A DNA stretch of 64,000 nt from Polyangiaceae bacterium. Its GTDB lineage: Bacteria; Myxococcota_A; Polyangia; Polyangiales; Polyangiaceae. A program made the position numbers and the translations under genes. Within the stretch, counting starts at the first letter, position 1, and every line of letters starts with the position of its first letter. Under the pieces are notes generated by a model. The model ran no database searches. It worked only from the letters and a program-made list of their open reading frames with translations, and was not told the origin of the DNA. The stretch spans positions 256,001 through 320,000 of the forward strand of contig JBILLK010000006.1 in assembly GCA_044376115.1 (NCBI GenBank), in the 5' to 3' direction. Positions 18,956-27,988 of this stretch are shown in pieces.

Positions 18956-19045
18956 CTTGGGCGAAGCCTCGCCTTCCGCAGCTTGGCCCTCGAGAGCATC
19001 GTTGCTTCATCAACAACGTCGCAGCTCGCGACCACAAGGGAAACC

Positions 19046-19570
19046 ATGACCATCTGGAACATCGACAGCTCTCACTCCAGCGTCCAATTCAGCGTTCGGC
19101 ACCTGATGATCACCAACGTACGCGGTGAATTCAGCGGCCTCAGCGGCACCGTAGAATTCGACCCGGCCCAGCCTGAGACGGCCTCTGTACGGGCGAGCCT
19201 AGAGTCCGCATCGATCAACACGCGCGAGCCGAAGCGCGACGAACATCTGCGCAGCGCGGACTTCTTCGATGCCGAGAACCACAAGACGCTGAGCTTCGTT
19301 TCGACGGCGTTGGCCAAGAAGGGGGACGGCTTCGTTCTCACCGGGGACCTGACGATCCGCGGGACCACCAAGTCGGTGAGCTTCGCTGTCGAGGGGGGAA
19401 CCACCGTCGAGAAGGATCCGTGGGGCAATGCCCGCATCGGTGCCTCGGCCTCGGCGACCATCGATCGTAGGGACTTTGGGCTGACCTGGAACTCGGCGAT
19501 CGAGTCCGGCGGCGTGCTCGTGGGTCACGACGTCAAGATCACGATCGACGTATCGTTGATTCGCGCTTGA
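19046..19570 (+). CDS. yceI: YceI family polyisoprenoid-binding protein
   Basis: WNIDSSHSSVQFSVRHLMITNVRGEF, RDEHLRSADFFD, GDLTIRG, DPWGN, IDRRDFGLTWN. Confidence 0.92.
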   Translation: MTIWNIDSSHSSVQFSVRHLMITNVRGEFSGLSGTVEFDPAQPETASVRASLESASINTREPKRDEHLRSADFFDAENHKTLSFVSTALAKKGDGFVLTGDLTIRGTTKSVSFAVEGGTTVEKDPWGNARIGASASATIDRRDFGLTWNSAIESGGVLVGHDVKITIDVSLIRA

Positions 19571-19587
19571 GGAAGCGTCTAACGACT

Positions 19588-19604
19588 ATTGCGCGTCAGC
19601 AACG
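19588..19604. promoter_or_regulatory. Second copy of the TTGC-N6-GCAA dyad, upstream of lysR
   Basis: aTTGCgcgtcaGCAAcg. Confidence 0.4.
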
Positions 19605-19622
19605 TGCTCTAGCCTGAGCCGG

Positions 19623-20540
19623 ATGGCCTTGGACCTCAACGACGTAGGCATGTTCGTGCGGGTGGTTCACCGCTCAGGCTTTGCGAAGGCCGCTCGAGAG
19701 CTGCGGGTCCCGACGTCAACGGTGAGCCGCGCGGTCGCGCGGCTGGAGGCCACGCTGGGGGCCCAGCTGCTGATGCGCACCACGCGCAGTGTGACGCCGA
19801 CCGCCGAGGGACACGCCTTCTTCAAGCAGGTCGCTCCCGCCGTTGCGGCGCTTCATCATGCGGCTCGTGGCATCGATGGCGCTGATCGGCGGCCCCGCGG
19901 CAAGCTGCGCGTGACCGCCCCAAGCGACCTTGGAGCGACCTTCTTGGGCGAGGTCGCCGTCGGTTTTGCGGCTCGATATCCCAACATCGAGCTGGAGACG
20001 ATCCTCACGCAACGCACCGTGAACCTCGTGGAGGAAGGGATCGATGTAGCGCTACGTGCCACCGGGCGACTGCCGGACTCAAGCTTGGTGGCGCGAAAGA
20101 TCGGCGTGCTCGATGAATACCTCTACGCCTCGCCGGCCTACGTCCAGATGCACGGCGCGCCCTCGGATCTCGCTGGTTTGGCGTCGCACGCCTGCGTCTT
20201 GTTTCGGCCCGTGGAAGGGGTGGCTCACTGGACGCTTCGTGATGAGCGTGCCCGCGTTCACTCGCTCGAGGTGAAGGGGCGCATCTCCACCGACGACTTC
20301 TCCTTCTTGCGAGCCGCCTTGCTGGCAGGCGCTGGAATAGGCTTGGTGCCTCATATCATCGTGAACGCCGACGTGGCGGAGGGCCGGCTCTTGAGGGTAT
20401 TGCCCAGCCTCGTATCGAGCGGCACAACGCTGTTCTTCGTCCATGCCGCAAGCCCAGTCGTCCCGGCTAAAGTCACCCTGTTTCGCGATTTTGTGCTGGA
20501 GGCCTTCGCTCGCAAGGGGGTGGTCAGCGCGTCTCATTGA
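19623..20540 (+). CDS. LysR family regulator (CrgA-like)
   Basis: N-terminal HTH FAKAARELRVPTSTVSRAVARLE..LG.QLLMRTTR; VNLVEEGIDVALR. Confidence 0.92.
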   Translation: MALDLNDVGMFVRVVHRSGFAKAARELRVPTSTVSRAVARLEATLGAQLLMRTTRSVTPTAEGHAFFKQVAPAVAALHHAARGIDGADRRPRGKLRVTAPSDLGATFLGEVAVGFAARYPNIELETILTQRTVNLVEEGIDVALRATGRLPDSSLVARKIGVLDEYLYASPAYVQMHGAPSDLAGLASHACVLFRPVEGVAHWTLRDERARVHSLEVKGRISTDDFSFLRAALLAGAGIGLVPHIIVNADVAEGRLLRVLPSLVSSGTTLFFVHAASPVVPAKVTLFRDFVLEAFARKGVVSASH

Positions 20541-20624
20541 GCAGCGTACGTAGCGCGAAAAGTGTGTCCCGCTCGCGAAGATAGAGACGTGGCGTCACCC
20601 TAAAGTCCTCTACTCTTTGCTTAA

Positions 20625-21770
20625 ATGTTGCACTCGTCTCGCGCAGCCCTGGTTCCGCTCCTGTTTTGGCTGAGCGTTTCGTGTGGAGATTCGGACTCGT
20701 CAGCAGGGGCCAGCGCGAACGGCGGTAGCGCTGGTGCGCCCACCAACGGTGGAGCTAGCTCAGGCGGAGCAAACACGGGCGGCACGGCGACGGGCGGCAC
20801 AGGCGGGCTCGGTGGCGTCGGTGGCGTTGGCGGTAGCGGCGGTGGTCCGGGCGGCGACGGTGGCCTCGGCGGAAGTGGTGGTGATGGGGGCGTCGCTGGA
20901 CAAGGCGGTGCTGGCGGAGTGAGCGCTGGCGGTGCCGGTGGTGGAGGCGGAGAAGGCGGCGCGGGCGGCGCTCCACCCGAGTCAGGCCGTGTGCGCGTCG
21001 TGGCGGCCAATCTGACCAGCGGCAACTTCCAGAGCTATACGCCTGGGCACGGCGTGCGCATCTTGCAGGGGCTGAATCCCGATGTGGTGCTGCTGCAAGA
21101 GTTCAACTTCGGTTCGAACTCACAGGCCAGCCTCAATCAACTCGTCAGTGATATTTGCGAGGGATCTCTGTGTGACCACGTGCGAGGCCCGGCGGCGAAG
21201 ATCCCCAACGGGGTCATCAGCCGGTACCCTATCTTGCAATCGGGTAGCTGGGTCGATCCAGAGGTGAGCAATCGCGACTTTGTTTACGCGCGCATTGACG
21301 TCCCCGGAGCCAAGGATCTTTGGGCCATCAGCGTGCACTTCAAGACGTCCAACGCAACCGACCGCAACGCAGAAGCCGTCGCCCTATTGGCGCAAATCAA
21401 CGCCGTCATTCCCGAGGATGATCTGCTAGTGCTCGGTGGCGACTTCAATACCGACGTGCGCGAGGAGCCAGCGCTTACGGCGCTGGCGCAGGTCTTTATG
21501 GTTGGTCCCACATTTCCAGAAGATCAGGCGGGGAACGAGCACACCAATGCCGGCCGCACCAAACCGTACGACTGGGTTCTCGCCGACGATGACCTCGAGC
21601 CGCTGGCCGTACCGGTGGAGCTGGGGGCGGATATGTTTGTTAGTGGCGTGGTGATTGACACCCGCGTCTATACTCCCATCGCCGTGCTTGCACCTGCGCT
21701 GATCAATGATAGCGGCGCAACGGCTATGCAACACATGGCCGTGGTACGAGACTTTTTTGTAGCACCCTGA
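20625..21770 (+). CDS. Endonuclease/exonuclease/phosphatase family lipoprotein with Gly-rich tether
   Basis: Lipobox-like SVSC; RVVAANL, PDVVLLQE, SRYPI, SVHF, GGDFN, YDWVL, terminal QH. Confidence 0.8.
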   Translation: MLHSSRAALVPLLFWLSVSCGDSDSSAGASANGGSAGAPTNGGASSGGANTGGTATGGTGGLGGVGGVGGSGGGPGGDGGLGGSGGDGGVAGQGGAGGVSAGGAGGGGGEGGAGGAPPESGRVRVVAANLTSGNFQSYTPGHGVRILQGLNPDVVLLQEFNFGSNSQASLNQLVSDICEGSLCDHVRGPAAKIPNGVISRYPILQSGSWVDPEVSNRDFVYARIDVPGAKDLWAISVHFKTSNATDRNAEAVALLAQINAVIPEDDLLVLGGDFNTDVREEPALTALAQVFMVGPTFPEDQAGNEHTNAGRTKPYDWVLADDDLEPLAVPVELGADMFVSGVVIDTRVYTPIAVLAPALINDSGATAMQHMAVVRDFFVAP

Positions 21771-21845
21771 GGCAAACGTGGACCGCTCGAGGTTCAAGCT
21801 CCCCGACATGAAGCGGCCAATTGACGTGGGGCGCAGCAGAAGCTG

Positions 21846-22355
21846 GTGATGCCTGGCGCCACGGTCAAAGGCATGCAGCTTCAGGCTCTCGCAGACGAGT
21901 GCAAACGCAGAGGGCGTCCGCTCGAGCGGCGCAAGTATCAGTCCTTCCTCGACTACCCCGGGGAGGAGCTAGTGCTCGTTTTGGCGCAGGCGGCTGCGCT
22001 TGCCTGGCCTGATGAGCCAGCGCGAGAAGGTCTTCGGCGACTTGGCCGCGTGGCCTACCCAACGCTCAAGTCTTCGCTGATCGGGAGGGTCGTCTTTGGC
22101 GCCGTCGGAGCCGACGTGAGGCTGCTCTGGCCGTTGGTATCCAAGGGGTACCAACTCTCTGCAAGTCGCGGGCAAGCCGAGCTACTCGAGCTTGAGGAGC
22201 GCCAGGCCGTGGTGCGGCTCAACGATATCTTCTCGTTTTTGGATGCCTGGCACGTTGGAATCTTAGAGGGCGCGATGTTGGCTTACGGGCGAGAGGCCGA
22301 GGTGCTTTTCAGTCCGCTTTCAGACATTAGCGGTGACTTCCTGATTCGTTGGTAG
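21846..22355 (+). CDS. DUF2378 (myxobacterial TIGR02265-like) protein
   Basis: TVKGM, YQSFLDYP, EGLRRLGR.AY, SLIGRV, GILEG pattern. Confidence 0.7.
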   Translation: MMPGATVKGMQLQALADECKRRGRPLERRKYQSFLDYPGEELVLVLAQAAALAWPDEPAREGLRRLGRVAYPTLKSSLIGRVVFGAVGADVRLLWPLVSKGYQLSASRGQAELLELEERQAVVRLNDIFSFLDAWHVGILEGAMLAYGREAEVLFSPLSDISGDFLIRW

Positions 22356-22424
22356 CGCCTCAAAGCATCCCAAGGTTCTTCTGCTCGGATTGCCAAGCCC
22401 TTCGAGTTCTGGCAACCACGAGCC

Positions 22425-25040
22425 ATGACGTTTGAGCAGTCGCCTGGCGTGTTCCCTTTGCGCGGCGAGTTCGTGGGCAGAGCGGAAGCGCTCGACCAGC
22501 TTGTAGAAGCGTTCGAGCACGGCGCACGTTGCGTTACCGTTACCGGCTCTGCAGGCGTCGGAAAGACCCGCCTCGTAGAGGAGTTCGCGCACCGCTTCGG
22601 GCTCCGCTTCGAGGCCGGGGTCCACCTCGCTGATACCTCTGAAGTTGACGATCGTCGGGGGCTTCTGCACGCTCTGGCCGAAGCCTTTCCCGAGCTCTCG
22701 ATGGGCCAGGTGTCGCGGCCTCAGCTAGTCGCCTGTCTTGCGGCGCGCTGCTCAGGCAAACGGCTTCTGCTATTGGTCGACAACTTCGATCGCTTGCTCG
22801 GCGCAGCCGGTGAAATCGCAGCGATCTGTCGAGCTGTGCCTTCTCTGCGCGTGCTCTTGACCTCGCGTGAGGCACTGCAGATCGAGGGGGAATCGGTGCT
22901 TGAGCTTTTGCCGCTGTCGGTTCCTTCCGCAACGGCTTCCGTGGCAGAGGTCGCAGCGTCCCCGGCGGTGAGGCTGTTGCTGACGCGGGTGTGGGCGGCT
23001 GGCGGAGCGTGGGCCGTAGAAACGGAGCAGCTCTCCGCGCTCGTGCGCCGACTCGAGGGTCTCCCGCTCGCTCTCGAGCTGGTTGCAGCTTGGTCCCTGA
23101 CGTTGACCCCCGCGCAGCTTCTGGTTCGGCTGTCGTCGAATCAGCGGCTCGTGCTTACGGCCAAACGGACGCGCGGTCGCCACAGTTCCCTCGCAGAGGC
23201 GCTGCAAAGCTCCTGGGAGCTGCTCGACGAGCAGGAGCAACTCGCTTTGGCGGAGTGCTCGATCTTCAGCGGCAGCTTCTCGCTGGAGGCCTGTGAGCAG
23301 GTGTTGTCGCTCGGCAATGAGGCTCTGCAAACCATCAGCGCGCTCCGAAGTAAATCGCTGTTGCGATCCGTCGAGCTCGGGCGCTATCAGCTTTACGTTG
23401 CCGTGCGCGCCTTCGCTGGGGAGCGGCTACAGGAGCTCGAGCGCGAGCGGGTAACCCAGCTACGCACCCGACATGCTTATTGCTTCTCGCAACGTGCGGC
23501 CGCGTTCAACCAGGCGCATGCGCTGGATGCCTCACCAGCGGTCGCGACCTACGATCTATCGCTCGAACTCGATGCCGATAACCTGCTCGCCGCGCTCGCC
23601 TACTTGGGTCCCGAGAGCGGCTTGAGCGAAGCGGTGAAGCAAGCGGAGCTCGCTGTGGCCTGCACCTCGCTGCATGCTGCGGCCCAACTGCAATGTCTTG
23701 CGTTCATTGACAGCGCGCTCGCTCAGCTTGAGTTGGCGTCGCCCGCGCTTGTCACCGGCTCGCTGCTGCTGCGCGTCCATTTGGCGCGAACGGTGGTGCT
23801 TGCGCGCTTGGGGCGGTATCACGAGAGCCGCGAGGCGAATGAGGCGCTGGTGGGCCGCTTGGTTGGCGCAGAGCGCGCTGCGGTGCTCGTGCGTTTGGGC
23901 GTGATGCACCGCTTCGAGGGTGATCTGGCTTCAGCGGAGAGCGCCCACCGGGCGGCCTCGCGACTGCTCGGCTCGGAGGATACACGCTTGGCGCTGCTGA
24001 ACCGCGCGTGCCTCGCTAGGTTGCTCTGCGATCGTGGTGAGGTCGAGGCGGCGCGCGAGCACAACGAGGCCGTTCGCATCGATGGCCTGCGCCTATCCGA
24101 TCCATGGATTGTCGGCATGGTCGTGTCGAACCTCGCGCAGCTCGAACAAGAGCAAGAGCGCATCCTCGGTCACCAAGAGACGGCAGCTCCCAGCTTCTCG
24201 CGTATCGCGCAAAAGTACGCGCAGGCGTTGGCTGCGTTCCCAGCCTCTCAGGTCGATAACGTGCTGAGCTCGCGGATGATGCTAGGAGACGCGGCTATCG
24301 AGTTAGGCCAACTGGCCGAGGCGGAGGCCGCATACCGTCACGCAGAGCAATTTGCGACCCGAGCTTCTGGGCTTTCGCGTGGCCTGCTACTCGGCTCCTT
24401 CGCTGTGCTGTTGGCTGAGCGGGGTGAGTTCGCGCAAGCTCGCTCTCGAATCGACCAAGGCCTAACGTTGGTCGGGCGTGGTCCGCTCACAGCGACCTTT
24501 GCCTTGCGGCTTTATCGCGCGGTGGTGGAGCTATTCGAATTGCGCGCTCAGGGCTCTGCGGACGCCAGGTCGGCGGCGGCGCTCAGGCTCAAGGCCCTGC
24601 TAAAGACCGAGGACGCTCGCACCTGCGCAACGATGGATTTGCGCACGGCGAGGCGTATCGCCGAGCGGGCCCTGGGCCTTGCAACGGCGGATCTTTCGCC
24701 GCGGCAGGTATCCATCTCGGTTGCTCGGCGCGAGCTCTATTGGGGCTCGGAGCGGATTGGGCTGTCGAGACGTCCAACGCTGTTTCGCGTGCTACTCGCG
24801 CTCGCGGAGCATCATTGCGAGAGCCCGGGCGTTCCCTTGGACCGCTTCGAGTTGGTCGCACGGGCCTGGCCGAACGAGCGCATCTTGCCCGACGCTGCGG
24901 CGACTCGTTTGCGGGTCGCCGTCGCGCACCTGCGCAAGCTCGGCCTTCGTGAGCTGTTGCGCACCCACGAAGAGGGCTACCTGCTCGATCCTGCCACGGT
25001 GCTGCGAATCGAGCCGACGCGCGTGGACGAGGCAGCGTGA
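22425..25040 (+). CDS. STAND/NB-ARC-type NTPase with TPR-like region and C-terminal winged-helix DNA-binding domain
   Basis: FVGR; Walker A GSAGVGKT; Walker B LLLVDNFD; LEGLPLALEL; C-terminal AWPNE...RLRVAVAHLRKLGL...GYLL. Confidence 0.8.
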   Translation: MTFEQSPGVFPLRGEFVGRAEALDQLVEAFEHGARCVTVTGSAGVGKTRLVEEFAHRFGLRFEAGVHLADTSEVDDRRGLLHALAEAFPELSMGQVSRPQLVACLAARCSGKRLLLLVDNFDRLLGAAGEIAAICRAVPSLRVLLTSREALQIEGESVLELLPLSVPSATASVAEVAASPAVRLLLTRVWAAGGAWAVETEQLSALVRRLEGLPLALELVAAWSLTLTPAQLLVRLSSNQRLVLTAKRTRGRHSSLAEALQSSWELLDEQEQLALAECSIFSGSFSLEACEQVLSLGNEALQTISALRSKSLLRSVELGRYQLYVAVRAFAGERLQELERERVTQLRTRHAYCFSQRAAAFNQAHALDASPAVATYDLSLELDADNLLAALAYLGPESGLSEAVKQAELAVACTSLHAAAQLQCLAFIDSALAQLELASPALVTGSLLLRVHLARTVVLARLGRYHESREANEALVGRLVGAERAAVLVRLGVMHRFEGDLASAESAHRAASRLLGSEDTRLALLNRACLARLLCDRGEVEAAREHNEAVRIDGLRLSDPWIVGMVVSNLAQLEQEQERILGHQETAAPSFSRIAQKYAQALAAFPASQVDNVLSSRMMLGDAAIELGQLAEAEAAYRHAEQFATRASGLSRGLLLGSFAVLLAERGEFAQARSRIDQGLTLVGRGPLTATFALRLYRAVVELFELRAQGSADARSAAALRLKALLKTEDARTCATMDLRTARRIAERALGLATADLSPRQVSISVARRELYWGSERIGLSRRPTLFRVLLALAEHHCESPGVPLDRFELVARAWPNERILPDAAATRLRVAVAHLRKLGLRELLRTHEEGYLLDPATVLRIEPTRVDEAA

Positions 25041-25042
25041 TG

Positions 25043-25058
25043 TAACGCCGTTTAACGC
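25043..25058 (+). promoter_or_regulatory. 10-bp-period direct repeat, candidate winged-helix regulator site
   Basis: TAACGC-cgtt-TAACGC between the STAND regulator and the next gene. Confidence 0.35.
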
Positions 25059-25091
25059 GGCGACGCCAAGCTGTTCCGCTAGAAGGAGCGG

Positions 25092-26375
25092 ATGAGAACC
25101 TCGCGTCCGCTGCTTGTTAGGTGCTGTGCGCTTCTGCTCTTTCTCTTGAACTGCGGTGATGACGGTAGCTCAGGCAGCACCGGAGGGACGGGCGCGCTGG
25201 GCGGCGGGGGGAGCGGCGGTGACGGCGGGGCGGGCGGCAGCGGGGGCGCTACCGCGGGTGGAGGCACCGGCGGCACCGGCGGAGAGGGCGCCAGCATAGC
25301 GACCGTCCCCGGCCCCATCGGCTTCGAGGTCATCGCCCGTGATTTGCCCCAAGCGATCTACGCCACCGCGCACGCTCAGGATGAAGCGCGCCTTTACCTT
25401 GCGCAGAAGACGGGCATCGTCCGCTTGGTGCTCGAGGGCGAACTGCAAGAGACGCCCTTTATCGATGTATCCAACCTGAGCGAGGTCCCTTCCACGATGG
25501 AGGAACGCGGGCTGCTTTCGATTGCGTTAGCACCCGACTACCCGAGCTCCGGTCGCTTCTTTCTCTTCTATTCAACCACTGACGACCGCCTGGTTCTCGG
25601 CGAGTTTGCGCGCAGCGCCGACCCGAACGTCGCTGAGCCGGAACAGAAGAAGACGCTGCTCGACTTCCCGATTGAGCCAGGCAATCACATCGCCGGCGCG
25701 ATGTCCTTTGGTCCAGATGGCTTGCTCTACATATCAATGGGAGATGGCGCAACGGCGCAAGACCTTGCCTCCAAGTTCGGCAAGATTCTGCGCGTCGACG
25801 TCGATACCTATCCAGTTCCGCCAACAGGCAACCTAACCAGTAAGGGCGCCGACCCACACATCTTCCATGTTGGTTTTCACAACCCCTGGCGCATCTCCTT
25901 CGATCGCGAAAGCGGCGACTTCTTCATCGCCGACGTTGGCCTCTCTCCCCCACGCGAGGAGGTCAACCGCGTGCCGGCCGGGACCATGGCGTCGAACTTT
26001 GGCTACCCGCTGATGAGCGGCTTCGAGTGCAACCAGGAGCCCTGCGACCTCACGACCTTGACGGTGCCAACCTTTGCCTATGAGCACACCGATGAGCGCT
26101 GCGCCATCATGGGCGGCCAGCTCTACCGCGGGCCGCGCCTGCAGTGGTTGCAAGGGGAGTACGTGTTCGGCGACCTGTGTTCCGGAGAGATCCTCGGGCT
26201 GACGTTGCCGGAGGAGGGGGAACCAGCGCTTGATCTGCTTACCCCCACGTGGATCGATCCGACGCAGGTGCCCGAGAAAATTGTTGGCATCTTCGAGGAC
26301 GCGCAAGGGGAGCTCATCGTCGTCGGCCTCAGTGGAACAGTGGCGCGGATGGTCCCCCTCGATCCTCAGCCCTAG
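25092..26375 (+). CDS. PQQ-dependent sugar dehydrogenase (GSDH) family lipoprotein
   Basis: Lipobox LLNC; ERGLLSIALAPDY, NHIAGAMSFGPDGLLYISMGDG, GKILRVD, GFHNPWRISFD, ADVG, YVFGD. Confidence 0.85.
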   Translation: MRTSRPLLVRCCALLLFLLNCGDDGSSGSTGGTGALGGGGSGGDGGAGGSGGATAGGGTGGTGGEGASIATVPGPIGFEVIARDLPQAIYATAHAQDEARLYLAQKTGIVRLVLEGELQETPFIDVSNLSEVPSTMEERGLLSIALAPDYPSSGRFFLFYSTTDDRLVLGEFARSADPNVAEPEQKKTLLDFPIEPGNHIAGAMSFGPDGLLYISMGDGATAQDLASKFGKILRVDVDTYPVPPTGNLTSKGADPHIFHVGFHNPWRISFDRESGDFFIADVGLSPPREEVNRVPAGTMASNFGYPLMSGFECNQEPCDLTTLTVPTFAYEHTDERCAIMGGQLYRGPRLQWLQGEYVFGDLCSGEILGLTLPEEGEPALDLLTPTWIDPTQVPEKIVGIFEDAQGELIVVGLSGTVARMVPLDPQP

Positions 26376-27253
26376 CGAAGCAACAGGTGCTTTAAAAGGT
26401 AGTCGCGTAGCGCAAGCACCCGCTGGGGCGCCTTCTTGGGCGACCGCGAGACAAGAAAAAGCGGCGCGCGGGGCATGGGCAACGTGGGCAGGATGCGAAC
26501 GAGACTGCCGCGCGCCACTTCATGCTCTACGACGAAGGTCGGGAGCAGCGCGACGCCCGCGCCGGCACGGGCGAGCTCGGCGAGCGTGGAGAAGTCGTTG
26601 CTGGAGATCGCCGCTTTGGGCGGCGGTCCCTTGCCCAGCCCGGCGAACGCCGAGCGTCCCCTTTGTGGAGGTGGCCACAGACCCTCGTGCTTCGCGAGCT
26701 CCGAGGCTGAGCCAGGAGTTCCCCGGCGCTCGAGGTAGGCCGGCGAAGCGAAGAAGCCAGCCTCGAGATCGGTGAGCTTGCGCGCCACGAGCTCTTTGCT
26801 CCCTGGTTTACCCACGCGAACCCCGAGGTCTGCCTGACCTGCTGCGAGATCCACCATCGTCTCCGACGTGGAAATGGTCAGGTGAATACCCGGATAGCGC
26901 AGCCGGAAGCCAAGGAGGTGCGGTGCAATCAGCAGCCTTGCCAGCTCGCTCGTCGTCGAAAGCACCACCTCTCCGCTCGGGCCGAGGCTGCGGTCCGATA
27001 CGCCTGTGACCGCCCGCGTGAGCTCGGCCAGCGGCCCACCGACGCGCAACGCCAGCGCCTCGCCCTCTGCCGTCGGCCGGACCATACGCGTGGTCCGAAG
27101 AAACAACGTCGAGCCGACGCGCGTCTCGAGCGCGCTGACGAGCCGGCTGACCCGCGCCTTGTCCAACCCCAGCTTTTGCCCCGCCTTGGTGAAACTCCGA
27201 GCTTCGACGACGGCGCTGAAAGCCGATAACTCGGCCATATTGATCGTTGTCAC
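26372..27253 (-). CDS. LysR family regulator (CrgA-like)
   Basis: FSAVVEARSFTKAGQKLGLDKARVSRLVSALE..G.TLFLRTTR; start taken as GTG 27253 (ATG 27238 is an alternative); GTTG-N9-CAAC dyad at 27246-27262. Confidence 0.9.
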   Translation of the reverse strand: MTTINMAELSAFSAVVEARSFTKAGQKLGLDKARVSRLVSALETRVGSTLFLRTTRMVRPTAEGEALALRVGGPLAELTRAVTGVSDRSLGPSGEVVLSTTSELARLLIAPHLLGFRLRYPGIHLTISTSETMVDLAAGQADLGVRVGKPGSKELVARKLTDLEAGFFASPAYLERRGTPGSASELAKHEGLWPPPQRGRSAFAGLGKGPPPKAAISSNDFSTLAELARAGAGVALLPTFVVEHEVARGSLVRILPTLPMPRAPLFLVSRSPKKAPQRVLALRDYLLKHLLLR

Positions 27254-27319
27254 ATCATCAACAGTACATTGACTTGGTGTGAGATTGTTGTCGTTGGGGC
27301 CGGCGCTTAGCTTCGGCGC

Positions 27320-27988
27320 ATGAAACCTCGAAGCACGGCCCTGCATGTCCCCCTGTTGTTCTCGGTTCTATTGCTGCTCGCTCCGATGGCGGCTCTCACG
27401 GGCTGTGCTCCCAGCGCTCCCCGGGCCTTCCCGACACGAGTTGGCCCGCCTGCTGTTCCAGAAACGACGTTGGTCTGGGTTGGGACAGGTGAGGCTGAAC
27501 GCTACGTCGATGGGGAGTGGCGAAGGGCGCCGGAGTTTGACTACGAGTTCTCGGTGGAGCAGCGGCGCTACGCGGGACAATGGCAGTCGATCAAGAGCCT
27601 ACGCCGGCGCCACCCAGCGTATGACGGCAGCGCGGGCCCGCGCGAAGAGACCTGGTTCTTCAACCTGGAACTGCAGGCCGAGCAGCAGGGGCAGCTGCCC
27701 GTGGTGGTGGTCTCATCGCTCGGGGACGGTCAAGGCAGGATGGACTCCCAGTTTCGAGCTGCGACGCTCGAGATGAAGCCGGAGATCTCTTCGCTCGCCC
27801 CCTTCAATACCTATCTAATCGAGCAGCGCTACTTGTATGAGGAGGGCTCGCTCGAAGAGACTGTCTCACTCACGAAACGCGAGGCGGGGGGCGATGCTCC
27901 CATCGTTCGGAATCGCGAGCGTGCCAGGCTGTTCGCGCCGCAGTCCTTTAGCGGAGTGCCTGGTAAAGCCAGCGTTGCCGCAAACTAG
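27320..27988 (+). CDS. Uncharacterised lipoprotein, beta-rich, divergent from LysR
   Basis: Lipobox LTGC; normal protein composition; fills the gap between neighbours. Confidence 0.65.
   Translation: MKPRSTALHVPLLFSVLLLLAPMAALTGCAPSAPRAFPTRVGPPAVPETTLVWVGTGEAERYVDGEWRRAPEFDYEFSVEQRRYAGQWQSIKSLRRRHPAYDGSAGPREETWFFNLELQAEQQGQLPVVVVSSLGDGQGRMDSQFRAATLEMKPEISSLAPFNTYLIEQRYLYEEGSLEETVSLTKREAGGDAPIVRNRERARLFAPQSFSGVPGKASVAAN

Noticed and set aside
18837..19037. 66-aa minus-strand ORF upstream of the rSAM gene as a RiPP precursor
   Set aside because: It overlaps the rSAM start and the putative promoter/operator, has no clear SD and shows no leader/core pattern.
18890..19045. Cobalamin riboswitch near the B12-rSAM operon
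   Set aside because: The region is short and I could not find B12-box-like conserved elements; an Rfam/Infernal scan would settle it.
22425..25040. STAND NTPase as an Avs-type antiphage system
   Set aside because: It has no nuclease, TIR, SIR2 or protease effector; the C-terminal wHTH indicates a transcription regulator.
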